64,000 nucleotides of DNA from Bacteroides sp. (GCF_028690125.1 NZ_JAQVBV010000030.1:2392-66391); one strand, 5' to 3'; positions 46,172-55,540 are shown, counted from the stretch's first letter. The notes: a model not told the origin generated them from the sequence alone. A program made the numbers and translations.

Positions 46172-46517
46172 TCTCCCTACTTCTCTTCACATCTTATTTT
46201 GATTAGCTATCCGTCACCACTACATTTTTAACCTTAACTATCTAAAAAAAATGATTAATAGTGTGACGGAAAGCTGTGAAGGCGGTGTGATAACAATATT
46301 TTCGTCACATAACATATCAAATCAGATACTCTCCCATATACACATTTTTGGTTACATATATTGGATTTTTTGGTTTCATAGTTAAAAGCTATCTTCTAAA
46401 AATAACAAAGATAAAAGCATACGGTAATAGGCAATTCCTCTGATAGTCATAGTAGTATTCAGCAGTTGCCATACAAGTAAAAGCAGTTTTAGAGAACTGA
46501 ATAATATACAACGTGGG

Positions 46518-46895
46518 ATGTCTCCTAATGAAGTTATAGCTATTTTAGGTATTCCTAAGCTTCGGAATTTTAATGATAAAGGTAAAAGCTTGGAGTTTTA
46601 CTATCATAAAGTATGGGCAGTTCCCAAAATAGTTAAGGTCTGGTTTGTTAATGATAAGGTAGTTAATATGAGTAGTCGTTATGATACGGATGATGACAAC
46701 TGCATCAAAAAAATAAAGACGACTGAAGATAAAAAAGAGGATACATCCTCTGGAATACGAATAACTACAGACGGCCACCAACTAATAAAACAAGGTTCAC
46801 TCATTACTACACCGGAGGGAACAATCGAAATGGTAGTGAGTGATAATGGTGGATTGATTATTACCGCATCGGGCAAACACATACACACACATTAA
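46518..46895 (+). CDS. Hypothetical protein with BamE/SmpA_OmlA-like N-terminal motif; start codon uncertain
   Basis: GMSPNEVIAILGIPK is BamE-like. The frame is open from 46431 and encodes a lipobox-like LIVIVVFSSC with no in-frame ATG. Confidence 0.5.
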   Translation: MSPNEVIAILGIPKLRNFNDKGKSLEFYYHKVWAVPKIVKVWFVNDKVVNMSSRYDTDDDNCIKKIKTTEDKKEDTSSGIRITTDGHQLIKQGSLITTPEGTIEMVVSDNGGLIITASGKHIHTH

Positions 46896-47003
46896 ATATA
46901 ATGCTCTCAATTACAATACATTAACAATCACATATGTATTTAGGATGAAAAAACAGATAGGAACTGAATTCTAAATTCTCTCCAAATAGTCTGTAATACC
47001 ATT

Positions 47004-47082
47004 CTGTCATTCTGAACGGAGTGAAAAATCTCTTTTTTGATACATTAAATAGCCGATCCTTCGGCTTCGCTCAGGATGACAG
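47004..47082. repeat. Imperfect hairpin repeat of the GTCATTCTGA...GAAAAATC intergenic family
   Basis: CTGTCATTCTGAACGGAGTGAAAAATC (47004-47030) pairs with GATCCTTCGGCTTCGCTCAGGATGACAG (47055-47082). Related to 5200-5282. Confidence 0.75.
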
Positions 47083-47263
47083 AGCAAAATGATAGTATAC
47101 AATCACTTTTCAGACAGCATCTATCTGCTGCACCTTTACTTTCTTAAGAATCAAAACGTTAATTACCATTTTGTTACAGATGGCAGATACTTCTCACATA
47201 ATATATGAGAGAGAAAATAATATTCCAATTCAAACAGCATATAATCTGAGCACTGCCTCAAAC

Positions 47264-47785
47264 TTATTTTTTCCTCTTCCTTTTATTTACAGATTCCACA
47301 GCCTCCGTTACCACAGGTTTACCTTGGAATCGTTTCGTATAACCAGAATAATCAGGGTGAGTACGCTCATAAGCAGGGTCCATAAACAACGGACTGGAAA
47401 TGATATGATCTGCCGTCGAGCGGTTACAACAGAATATAATATTTTCCACACCCGCCAAACGTGTCAATGCTTTCACATCCGTATCATGTGGTTGCAATGT
47501 CATTGGATCAGTAAAAAAGAAAAGATAATCAATCTGTCCTTCCACGATTCGAGACCCCATTTGTTGGTCACCTCCCAATGGACCAGACTTCAAAATAGTG
47601 AAATCCCATTCCACTTCCGGATGTTTCTCTTTCAATGCTTCCACTATCAAAGTACCTGTAGTACCTGTACAATAAAATTTATGCCCCATCAATAATTCTG
47701 AATTCCACAAAACCCATTCAATGAGGTCTTTCTTCATAGCATCATGTGCAACCAGCCCGATGCCTCTTCTAGCCTTTGGTTCCAT
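47264..47785 (-). CDS. mgsA: Methylglyoxal synthase with short C-terminal extension
   Basis: Contains LVAHD..KKDL, CTGTTG, GPLGGDQQ and PHDTDVKAL motifs. Confidence 0.88.
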   Translation of the reverse strand: MEPKARRGIGLVAHDAMKKDLIEWVLWNSELLMGHKFYCTGTTGTLIVEALKEKHPEVEWDFTILKSGPLGGDQQMGSRIVEGQIDYLFFFTDPMTLQPHDTDVKALTRLAGVENIIFCCNRSTADHIISSPLFMDPAYERTHPDYSGYTKRFQGKPVVTEAVESVNKRKRKK

Positions 47786-48818
47786 TTTGTAATCCTTTTA
47801 AATCCGACAATTGAGAGAAACGCTTACATCCTCTCACATAAAACTGCCACAAGATACTACTTTTTATTTGTTCAGGTATCGGTTTCAGTAAATTTTTTCT
47901 AATATTTTCTTCACGAGAAGAAGAAAAAGAATAACAAATACGTTTATATTCTTTTCGTGCTTGGATTACGGCACGTGCATTATCCAACTGTCCTTTTAAT
48001 AGAAAAACAAGTGCAGCCACATAGTCTAACCATACCCGGACACGCATCACTTTATTTAACTCTGTCTCCGGAAGATTCTTGTAAAGCATGACAAGATTAT
48101 TACGAAAATTGAGGAAGGTCTTACGAGGATTCTCTTTTTTCAGCGTAGCTCCTCCCACATGATATACTACGCTTTGGGGAATGCAAACAATTTTCCGACT
48201 ACGGGAACGTAAACGCCAACACAAATCAATTTCTTCCATATGAGCAAAGAAACGTCCGTCCAGCCCACCTGCCTCTTGATAATCCGTATGGCGAATAAAC
48301 AAAGCTGCACCTGTAGCCCAGAAAATAGGGATCATCGTATTATACTGTCCCTCATCTTTTTCAACTACTCCCAAAATACGCCCACGGCAGAAAGGATAAC
48401 CATATTTATCCATAAATCCACCTGCCGCTCCGGCATATTCAAAATATTCTTTCTGTCGTTGGCTACGTATTTTAGGTTGGCAAGCCGCTACTTCCGGATG
48501 GTTATCCAAATAATCAATCATAGGCTCAAGCCAATGTTCAGTCACCTCAACATCAGAATTTAAAAGAACCACATATTCCGATTCTACTTGCTGCAAAGCC
48601 TGATTATAACCATCAGCAAAACCATGATTATGTTCCAATAAAATCGTCCTGACAGATGGAAACTCTTTCCGAAGCATTTCTACTGAAACATCTGTAGAAC
48701 CGTTATCAGCCACACATACCTCTATCCCCTCTCCTTCTGAATACCGGACAACGGATGGAAGAAAATTACGGAGCATATCGCATCCGTTCCAATTCAAAAT
48801 AACAACCGATACTTTCAT
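47769..48818 (-). CDS. Glycosyltransferase family 2
   Basis: Preferred start MKVSVVILNWNG, then ADNGSTD and NSD motifs. This start avoids a 100-bp overlap with the upstream gene. Confidence 0.85.
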   Translation of the reverse strand: MKVSVVILNWNGCDMLRNFLPSVVRYSEGEGIEVCVADNGSTDVSVEMLRKEFPSVRTILLEHNHGFADGYNQALQQVESEYVVLLNSDVEVTEHWLEPMIDYLDNHPEVAACQPKIRSQRQKEYFEYAGAAGGFMDKYGYPFCRGRILGVVEKDEGQYNTMIPIFWATGAALFIRHTDYQEAGGLDGRFFAHMEEIDLCWRLRSRSRKIVCIPQSVVYHVGGATLKKENPRKTFLNFRNNLVMLYKNLPETELNKVMRVRVWLDYVAALVFLLKGQLDNARAVIQARKEYKRICYSFSSSREENIRKNLLKPIPEQIKSSILWQFYVRGCKRFSQLSDLKGLQNGTKG

Positions 48819-48822
48819 TATT

Positions 48823-49716
48823 TCAGTTCCTCTCACATTCTGATTTCGAAGCCTTCCAACGCTTATGAGACCATAGCCAATAAGCCGGCTCCCGACGAAG
48901 CGTCTCTTCAAGGTAATGGGCAAACATTTCCGTGATTTCCCCTTCAGCAGTTTCTTTAGGATTGTCTGTCATCAACTTAAACTCTGCCTCACAATATCCT
49001 CTGCGGGTCTTTGTCAGTTCACAATAAAAGACAGGAAAGTTCATCATTTTAGCAATACGTTCCGCTCCGTTCAAGAAAGCAGTCTCCTGCCCCAAAAAAC
49101 GAGTCCAGTACTTTTCACTTCCGCTAGGCCATTGGTCGGTAATCAATCCGACTACCATTTTTTTTCCTTCGCGCTTTAGTCTGATAATTTCACGTGCCGT
49201 AGAATGTTTCGGAATATTATAACCCCTGAAACGGGAACGAATTCGTTTGAACAACTCATTCAGATATTTATCTCTCAGAGGTTTATATACTTGTATCGGC
49301 ACATCCCCCGGTTTCATTACCGCTCCCATACCGATCAACCATTCATAATTGGCATAGTGAGGAATCATCACAATAATGCCTCCAAATTTCTCTGTCAATT
49401 CCAAATATTGTTCTGTATTCTTATAAGTCATTCTCCGGTAAAGGTCCTCCGCCGACATATGCAACATTTTCAAATCCTCGAGCATATAATCCGAAAGATA
49501 CCGATAAAAATTGCGTTCAATCTGCAACCGCTCTGCATCGCTCTTATCCGGAAAAGACTTTTTTAGATTATCCCGAACAACTTTACGCCGATATCTTCCG
49601 GCATAATACATTAACCAATAATTGAAATCCGAAAGCACATACAATACTTTGAACGGAAGTGCCGAAAACAACCACATGACGGCATATACCAACCAATAGA
49701 CTACTCTAGATTTCAT
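48823..49716 (-). CDS. Lysophospholipid / lipid A late acyltransferase (LpxL/HtrB family)
   Basis: 297 aa with an N-terminal TM. Contains the HYANYEW (HX4D/E-like) motif and LITDQ. Confidence 0.78.
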   Translation of the reverse strand: MKSRVVYWLVYAVMWLFSALPFKVLYVLSDFNYWLMYYAGRYRRKVVRDNLKKSFPDKSDAERLQIERNFYRYLSDYMLEDLKMLHMSAEDLYRRMTYKNTEQYLELTEKFGGIIVMIPHYANYEWLIGMGAVMKPGDVPIQVYKPLRDKYLNELFKRIRSRFRGYNIPKHSTAREIIRLKREGKKMVVGLITDQWPSGSEKYWTRFLGQETAFLNGAERIAKMMNFPVFYCELTKTRRGYCEAEFKLMTDNPKETAEGEITEMFAHYLEETLRREPAYWLWSHKRWKASKSECERN

Positions 49717-49720
49717 TATC

Positions 49721-51037
49721 CTACAGAATTACACCTTTAAGCGCTGTCTTATCTTCATTAAAATCTCCCAAACGAACAGAGAGTACCTGATTATCGAGCG
49801 AATCATCTGTTGCCACTTCTACACGAATATAATTTTCCGTAAATCCATGCATCGGATTACCAACCTTCGATTTTTCCATCAACACAGACAGCGTCTGCCC
49901 AATATACCGTATATAGAAAGCTTGCGTCTTTTCATCCGAAAGATTCAAAAGTCGCTGGCTACGTTGATGTTTCTCTTCAGGCGAAACAATATGTTCTATC
50001 TTCAAAGCCTGTGTTCCGGGACGTTCGGAATAACTGAACACGTGCAACTGCGTCACATCCAGTCCCGCAATAAATTTATAAGCTTGTTCAAAATATTCTT
50101 CGGTCTCCCCACGGGTACCCACAATTACGTCCACGCCGATAAACGCATCCGGCATCACCTCTTTTATCTTCTTTACTTTCGAAGCAAAAAGAGCTGTATC
50201 ATAACGACGGCGCATTAATTTCAATACTTCATCGCTACCGGATTGCAACGGAATATGAAAATGAGGCATAAACCGACAGGATTGAGCCACAAATTCTATG
50301 ATTTCATCTGTTAGCAAATTAGGTTCAATAGATGAAATTCGATAACGTTCGATACCCTCTACCCGATCCAATGCCTTCAACAAATCAAAAAAAGATTCTC
50401 CGGTAGTCTTACCAAAATCTCCGATATTAACCCCCGTCAGTACTATTTCTTTTCCTCCTTCCGCAGCAGCCAGTTCTGCCTGCTTCACCATCGAGGCAAT
50501 AGTACCGTTACGGCTACGTCCACGTGCTAAAGGTATGGTGCAATACGAACAGAAATAATCGCAACCATCCTGTACTTTTAAGAAAAAGCGGGTACGATCC
50601 CCTCTCGAACAAGATGGTGCAAACGAACGAATATCCTTTGTAGTGGTAGTGATTGCTTCTCCTTCTTCATGCTTATGCAAATCACCCAGATACTGCAACA
50701 AATCATTCTTTTGTTCGGCACCCAACACCACATCAACACCTTTTATCTTTGCCACATCACCGGGCTTCAACTGTGCATAACAGCCGGTCACCACAACAAA
50801 GGCATCGGGATGCTGTTTCACCAACCGATGAATTGCCTGACGGCATTTCTTATCTGCCATCTCGGTCACTGAACAAGTATTAACCACACAAATATCTGCT
50901 TTTTCTCCTTTACGCGCAGTCCGGATTCCTGCTTCACGCAGGATTTTACCGATAGTTGAAGTCTCTGAAAAATTCAATTTACAGCCTAATGTATAATATA
51001 CGGCTGTCTTATTTTGAAATACAGTGGTATCTATCAT
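49721..51037 (-). CDS. mtaB: Radical-SAM tRNA methylthiotransferase (MtaB-like)
   Basis: UPF0004 N-domain (TLGCKLN..E), radical SAM CDYFCSYC and a C-terminal TRAM-like domain. 438 aa. The MiaB-versus-MtaB call rests on size and N-terminus only. Confidence 0.8.
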   Translation of the reverse strand: MIDTTVFQNKTAVYYTLGCKLNFSETSTIGKILREAGIRTARKGEKADICVVNTCSVTEMADKKCRQAIHRLVKQHPDAFVVVTGCYAQLKPGDVAKIKGVDVVLGAEQKNDLLQYLGDLHKHEEGEAITTTTKDIRSFAPSCSRGDRTRFFLKVQDGCDYFCSYCTIPLARGRSRNGTIASMVKQAELAAAEGGKEIVLTGVNIGDFGKTTGESFFDLLKALDRVEGIERYRISSIEPNLLTDEIIEFVAQSCRFMPHFHIPLQSGSDEVLKLMRRRYDTALFASKVKKIKEVMPDAFIGVDVIVGTRGETEEYFEQAYKFIAGLDVTQLHVFSYSERPGTQALKIEHIVSPEEKHQRSQRLLNLSDEKTQAFYIRYIGQTLSVLMEKSKVGNPMHGFTENYIRVEVATDDSLDNQVLSVRLGDFNEDKTALKGVIL

Positions 51038-51115
51038 AATCTGTTTTAACGCATATTTCGTGCAAAGTTACACATTATTATTAGTAAAACACTTGAGGAT
51101 ACAAAAGTTTATTCC

Positions 51116-51123
51116 TATTTTTG
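51116..51123 (+). promoter_or_regulatory. Bacteroides -7 promoter box TATTTTTG
   Basis: Matches TAnnTTTG, 24 nt upstream of the preferred ATG at 51147. Confidence 0.55.
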
Positions 51124-51146
51124 CACAATTTACTAAAAAACGTGCA

Positions 51147-52820
51147 ATGATTAAAGAGAATTTCATTAAACTATATGAGAATAGTTTTCGTGAGAATTGG
51201 GATTTACCCTGTTATACCGATTATGGTGAAGATACTAAGTATACCTACGGTGAAGTAGCTGAAAAAATTGCGCACCTGCATCTGTTATTCAAGCATTGCA
51301 GCCTCCGTAGAGGAGATAAAATATCGGTGATCGGCAAAAATAACGCCCATTGGTGCATAGCCTATATGGCAACAATTACTTACGGTGCAATTGTCGTACC
51401 TATCCTGCAAGATTTCACCCCAAACGATGTTCATCATATCGTTAATCATTCTGAGTCCATCTTTCTGTTTACCAGCGACAGCATTTGGGAAAATCTGGAA
51501 GAAGAAAAGCTAACCGGACTGCGTGGAGTTTTCTCCCTGACGGATTTTCGTTGCCTTTATCAACGGGATGGAGAAACCATACAGAAGTTTCTAAAGAACC
51601 TTGATAATGAGATGCACATCAATTATCCGAAAGGTTTCACACAGGATAATGTTCAATATACTACTCTGTCCAACGACAAAGTAATGCTCCTAAACTATAC
51701 TTCCGGAACAACAGGTTTCAGTAAAGGTGTAATGCTGACTGGAAACAACCTTGCCGGCAATGTTACTTTCGGCATCCGGACCGAACTATTAAAAAAAGGA
51801 GATAAAGTCCTCTCCTTCCTTCCACTAGCACATGCCTATGGCTGTGCTTTCGACTTCCTGACCGCAACAGCCGTCGGCACCCATGTCACCCTACTGGGGA
51901 AAACACCTTCTCCTAAAATTATCATGAAGGCTTTTGAAGAGGTGAAACCAAACCTTATTATCACTGTTCCATTGGTTATCGAGAAAATATACAAGAATAT
52001 TATTCAACCTCTCATCAACAAAAAAGGAATGAAATGGGCATTGAATATCCCTCTACTCGATACCCAAATCTATAACCAAATACGCAAGAAATTGATTGAC
52101 GCCTTGGGTGGACGTTTCAAAGAAATCATCATCGGCGGCGCAGCAATGAATGAAGAAGTAGAAGAATTTTTCTACAGAATTAAATTCCCATTCACTATCG
52201 GATACGGAATGACAGAATGCGGACCGCTCATCAGCTATGCTCCCTGGAATGAATTTGTACTAGGTTCTTCGGGAAAAATATTGGATATCATGGAAGCACG
52301 TATATATAAGGAGAATGCTGAAGCTGAAATTGGAGAAATTCAAGTTCGAGGCGAAAACGTGATGGTGGGATATTATAAAAACCAGGAAGCTACTGACGAA
52401 GTCTTCACTGAAGATGGTTGGTTATGCACAGGAGACCTTGGGACAATAGACGTCAATGGAAACATTTTCATTCGCGGCCGACTTAAAAGTATGATTTTAA
52501 GTTCAAGCGGACAGAATATCTTTCCAGAAGAATTGGAAGCCAAACTTAATAATCTTCCGTTTATTCTTGAGAGTCTTGTCATTGAACGAAATAAAAAATT
52601 AGTAGCTCTAGTCTATGCTGATTACGAAGCTTTGGATTCTCTCGGACTAAACAATCCAGACAATCTGAAAACAATTATGGATGAGAATCTCAAAAGCCTG
52701 AATAATAGTGTAGCTACCTACGAAAAGATCAGCCAGATTCAACTCTATCCTACTGAATTTGAAAAGACTCCAAAACGTAGTATCAAAAGATATCTATACA
52801 ACAGCATCACAGTTGATTAA
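51147..52820 (+). CDS. Long-chain-fatty-acid--CoA ligase (AMP-dependent synthetase)
   Basis: AMP-binding motif YTSGTTGFSKGV, then GYGMTE and TGDLG. The start was moved to MIKENF, downstream of the promoter box. Confidence 0.85.
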   Translation: MIKENFIKLYENSFRENWDLPCYTDYGEDTKYTYGEVAEKIAHLHLLFKHCSLRRGDKISVIGKNNAHWCIAYMATITYGAIVVPILQDFTPNDVHHIVNHSESIFLFTSDSIWENLEEEKLTGLRGVFSLTDFRCLYQRDGETIQKFLKNLDNEMHINYPKGFTQDNVQYTTLSNDKVMLLNYTSGTTGFSKGVMLTGNNLAGNVTFGIRTELLKKGDKVLSFLPLAHAYGCAFDFLTATAVGTHVTLLGKTPSPKIIMKAFEEVKPNLIITVPLVIEKIYKNIIQPLINKKGMKWALNIPLLDTQIYNQIRKKLIDALGGRFKEIIIGGAAMNEEVEEFFYRIKFPFTIGYGMTECGPLISYAPWNEFVLGSSGKILDIMEARIYKENAEAEIGEIQVRGENVMVGYYKNQEATDEVFTEDGWLCTGDLGTIDVNGNIFIRGRLKSMILSSSGQNIFPEELEAKLNNLPFILESLVIERNKKLVALVYADYEALDSLGLNNPDNLKTIMDENLKSLNNSVATYEKISQIQLYPTEFEKTPKRSIKRYLYNSITVD

Positions 52821-52919
52821 TATGTTGTAAAACATAGCTTTAAGAGAGAAAAGCACCTATCTTCGAAAAAAAATATAAAAAAAGTTGGGTTTTCGAGAAC
52901 AACATATTGAAAAAGTACA

Positions 52920-52927
52920 TACCTTTG
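52920..52927 (+). promoter_or_regulatory. Bacteroides -7 promoter box TACCTTTG
   Basis: Matches TAnnTTTG, 52 nt upstream of the ATG at 52979. Confidence 0.55.
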
Positions 52928-52978
52928 CATCGTTTTAATAAAGCAATTGATTGTATTACGTTTTAAAAAGCAAAGAAA

Positions 52979-53200
52979 ATGAAAAAATTAGTTTTGATGG
53001 CAGTAGCTATCGCAGCAGTATCATTCGCATCATGTGGTAACAAAGCAGCTGACGCTCAGAAAGCTCAACAAGATTCTATCCGTATTGCTGACTCAATCGC
53101 AGCAGTAGAAGCAGCAGCAGCTGAAGCAGCTGCAGCAGCAGAAGCTGATACAACTGCAACTGATAGCTTGACAGTAACTGAAACTATAGTAGCTGAATAA
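52979..53200 (+). CDS. Small Ala-rich lipoprotein
   Basis: 73 aa. Lipobox SFASC-GN. Helical low-complexity stretch AAVEAAAAEAAAAAEA. Has its own promoter box and terminator. Confidence 0.6.
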   Translation: MKKLVLMAVAIAAVSFASCGNKAADAQKAQQDSIRIADSIAAVEAAAAEAAAAAEADTTATDSLTVTETIVAE

Positions 53201-53225
53201 TAAGAAACTACTTAGAGAGAATTGA

Positions 53226-53261
53226 AAGTCTGACATACGAAAGTATGCACAGACTTTTTTT
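53226..53261 (+). terminator. Rho-independent terminator with GAAA loop
   Basis: AGTCTG-A-CATAC-GAAA-GTATG-CA-CAGACT, followed by TTTTTTT. Confidence 0.75.
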
Positions 53262-53420
53262 ATGCCTTTATTTTTATACATAAAAGAAAATATAATTTAT
53301 AAAAATAAAAATGCATTAGTCCAATATCATAAAAAGAATCACACTACTTAATTATTCTTCCCCCAAAAATTCCATCAGGCTTCCCATATAAACTATTACA
53401 AAACTTATGGCAAAAATAAG

Positions 53421-53457
53421 AAAAGCGGTTTACCCTGAAACAGGATAAACCGCTTTT
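53421..53457 (-). terminator. Rho-independent terminator after rplI
   Basis: AAAAGCGGTTTA pairs with TAAACCGCTTTT. The T run on the minus strand is CTTTTCTTATTTTT. Confidence 0.8.
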
Positions 53458-53476
53458 AAATATCTTTCGATAAAAA

Positions 53477-53920
53477 TTATTCAGCTACTACTTCAAAAGG
53501 AATTTCTACAGAAACCTCCTTATGCAATTTTACAACAGCTTTGTAGTTACCGATTTCTTTCACAGCGTCTTTCACAACGATGATCTTTCTGTCTACTTCA
53601 TGACCTAATTTAGCCAAAGCTTCAGCAATCTGAATATTACCAACAGAACCAAAAATAGTACCAGTTGAGCTCACTTTAGTTGCAATAGTCAAAGATACAC
53701 CTTCCAACTTAGCAGCCATAGCCTCAGCATCTTTCTTGATTTTCTCAAGTTTATGAGCACGTTGCTTCAGCTCTTCAGCCAACATTTTCTTTGCAGAAGG
53801 AGAAGCGATGATAGCTTTTCCCGTCGGGATTAAGTAATTACGACCGTAACCAGACTTAACGTTTACGATATCATTCTTATAACCCAAGTTTACTACGTCT
53901 TCTTTTAATATAATTTCCAT
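53477..53920 (-). CDS. rplI: 50S ribosomal protein L9
   Basis: [32 protein letters not shown] is a canonical L9 N-terminus. Confidence 0.97.
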   Translation of the reverse strand: MEIILKEDVVNLGYKNDIVNVKSGYGRNYLIPTGKAIIASPSAKKMLAEELKQRAHKLEKIKKDAEAMAAKLEGVSLTIATKVSSTGTIFGSVGNIQIAEALAKLGHEVDRKIIVVKDAVKEIGNYKAVVKLHKEVSVEIPFEVVAE

Positions 53921-53934
53921 ACTTTTCCTCCTTC

Positions 53935-54207
53935 TTATTTCATCATGTCAGTTACATATGGCAACAATGCCAAGTGACGAGCTCTCTTCACAGCCTGCGC
54001 GATACGACGTTGGAACTTCAAAGAAGTACCTGTGATACGACGCGGAAGGATTTTACCCTGTTCATTCAAGAATTTCTTCAAAAATTCAGGATCTTTGTAG
54101 TCAATGTACTTAATACCGCTCTTTTTGAAACGGCAATATTTTTTCTTCTTAACGTCTACTGAGGGCGGAGTTAAATATCTGATTTCTGATTGAACTTGTT
54201 GTGCCAT
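53935..54207 (-). CDS. rpsR: 30S ribosomal protein S18
   Basis: Contains the [13 protein letters not shown]...[14 protein letters not shown]18 signature. Confidence 0.97.
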   Translation of the reverse strand: MAQQVQSEIRYLTPPSVDVKKKKYCRFKKSGIKYIDYKDPEFLKKFLNEQGKILPRRITGTSLKFQRRIAQAVKRARHLALLPYVTDMMK

Positions 54208-54209
54208 GA

Positions 54210-54554
54210 TTAATCCTCCTTTTTGTTTGATTTAACACTTCTTCTCTTAGCAGCATATTCTGCAGCATACTTATCCATTCTGAAAGTCAAGAAACGGATT
54301 ACACGTTCATCACGACGGAAGTTTAGTTCCAACTTGTCAATCACAGTAGGATCTGCATTGAACTCAATCAGCTGATAGAATCCTGTAGACTTCTTCTCAA
54401 TCGGATAAGCCAATTTTTTCAGTCCCCAGTTCTCTTCATTGATAATCTCAGCACCTTCTTCTTGAAGAATGCCTTTGAATTTTTCTACCGCTTCCTTCAT
54501 CTGAACATCAGATAAAACGGGAGTTAAAATGAAAACGGTTTCGTATTGATTCAT
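54210..54554 (-). CDS. rpsF: 30S ribosomal protein S6
   Basis: [12 protein letters not shown]...WG.KKLAYPI is an S6 signature. First gene of rpsF-rpsR-rplI. Confidence 0.97.
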   Translation of the reverse strand: MNQYETVFILTPVLSDVQMKEAVEKFKGILQEEGAEIINEENWGLKKLAYPIEKKSTGFYQLIEFNADPTVIDKLELNFRRDERVIRFLTFRMDKYAAEYAAKRRSVKSNKKED

Positions 54555-54600
54555 ACTCGTTTAATTAAATAAATAAATTATTTTATTTTAAATGCGGGTG

Positions 54601-54608
54601 CAAAGTTA
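54601..54608 (-). promoter_or_regulatory. Bacteroides -7 promoter box TAACTTTG for rpsF-rpsR-rplI
   Basis: The reverse complement of CAAAGTTA matches TAnnTTTG, 47 nt upstream of the ATG at 54554. Confidence 0.55.
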
Positions 54609-54681
54609 GGCATTTTATTTTGAACTACAAATTTTTAATCTTTTTTTATACCCTACTTTAGGAATTATCCAAGAAGTAGTT

Positions 54682-54689
54682 TACCTTTG
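54682..54689 (+). promoter_or_regulatory. Bacteroides -7 promoter box TACCTTTG for the MarR gene
   Basis: Matches TAnnTTTG. The ORF-track TTG start at 54687 lies inside this box, so the ATG at 54714 is preferred. Confidence 0.55.
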
Positions 54690-54713
54690 CAAGGTTGTTT
54701 AAACAATAATTTC

Positions 54714-55160
54714 ATGATAGAGCAATTTAACTTTGACATCCGGCTTATTTTTGCCATATTAAATGGTAAAGTTTCCGCAGCCATAAATCGGAAGCTATAT
54801 CGTAATTTTCGTCAGAATGGACTGGAAATCAGCCCAGAACAATGGACTGTATTGATTTTCTTATGGGAAAAAGATGGTGTTACTCAACAAGAGTTGTGCA
54901 ATGCAACTTTTAAAGATAAGCCCAGCATGACCCGCCTCATAGATAATATGGAACGGCAACATCTGGTAGTACGGATTTCAGACAAAAAAGATCGTCGGAC
55001 AAATCTCATTCACCTTACTAAAGACGGAAAAGAGTTAGAAGAAAAAGCACGTATCATTGCGGGACAAACACTAAAAGAAGCTCTTCAAGGCATCACTCTC
55101 GATGAGTTAAGTATCGGTCAGGAAGTGCTGAAAAAAGTTTTCTTTAATACGAAAGATTAA
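54714..55160 (+). CDS. MarR-family transcriptional regulator
   Basis: Winged-helix core ISPEQWTVLIFLWEKDGVTQQELCNATFKDKPSMTRLIDNMERQHLVVR..DKKDRR. Confidence 0.85.
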   Translation: MIEQFNFDIRLIFAILNGKVSAAINRKLYRNFRQNGLEISPEQWTVLIFLWEKDGVTQQELCNATFKDKPSMTRLIDNMERQHLVVRISDKKDRRTNLIHLTKDGKELEEKARIIAGQTLKEALQGITLDELSIGQEVLKKVFFNTKD

Positions 55161-55344
55161 CCTGAATAATAAATCATATAATTCATAAAATCCACTAAAT
55201 CGGTCTCAATAATGGATTTTTTACCTAATTTATTTCGCCCGTTGAAGAATTATGCTTTAATTTGTGACTAATAAATGAATTGTTATTAAATAACAATCTA
55301 TTAGACAATAAATAACTAAATAATAAACTGTTAAATACACACAC

Positions 55345-55521
55345 ATGAAAGACTTATTAAAGAATCTGGGATTGATATTAATCTTGATCGGAGTAGTCAT
55401 TTTACTGGCTTGTTCTATTACCGGCAATGTAAACAACAACGCCGTTCTTGGTACATCGGTAGCATTCGTTGTATTAGGACTCATCTCTTATATTGTTATT
55501 AATAAGAAGATAGTTGATTAA
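55345..55521 (+). CDS. Small two-TM membrane protein, 58 aa, below the ORF-track cutoff
   Basis: My translation is MKDLLKNLGLILILIGVVILLACSITGNVNNNAVLGTSVAFVVLGLISYIVINKKIVD. Followed by a strong terminator. The listed antisense ORF 55257..55484 is its shadow. Confidence 0.45.
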   Translation: MKDLLKNLGLILILIGVVILLACSITGNVNNNAVLGTSVAFVVLGLISYIVINKKIVD

Positions 55522-55540
55522 TTCGTGAAAATCAATAAAA

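Noticed and set aside
47171-47695. 174-aa TTG-start ORF on the plus strand
   Set aside because: It is antisense to mgsA, whose motifs (ATGTTG-like, GGDQQ, PHDTDV) are unambiguous.
53093-53281. Cys/Ser-rich 62-aa minus-strand ORF
   Set aside because: It is the reverse-frame reading of the GCA/GCT-rich alanine tract of the small lipoprotein gene.
54687-54713. TTG-start N-terminal extension of the MarR gene, and similar extensions at 23195, 51024, 48923, 32888, 17223 and 12220
   Set aside because: The extended starts fall inside or upstream of TAnnTTTG promoter boxes, or overlap neighbouring genes heavily. Internal ATG starts give canonical N-termini such as signal peptides or conserved motifs.
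55257-55484. 75-aa minus-strand ORF from the track
   Set aside because: The opposite strand encodes a cleaner two-TM 58-aa protein that ends just before a terminator. The minus-strand frame has no start context.
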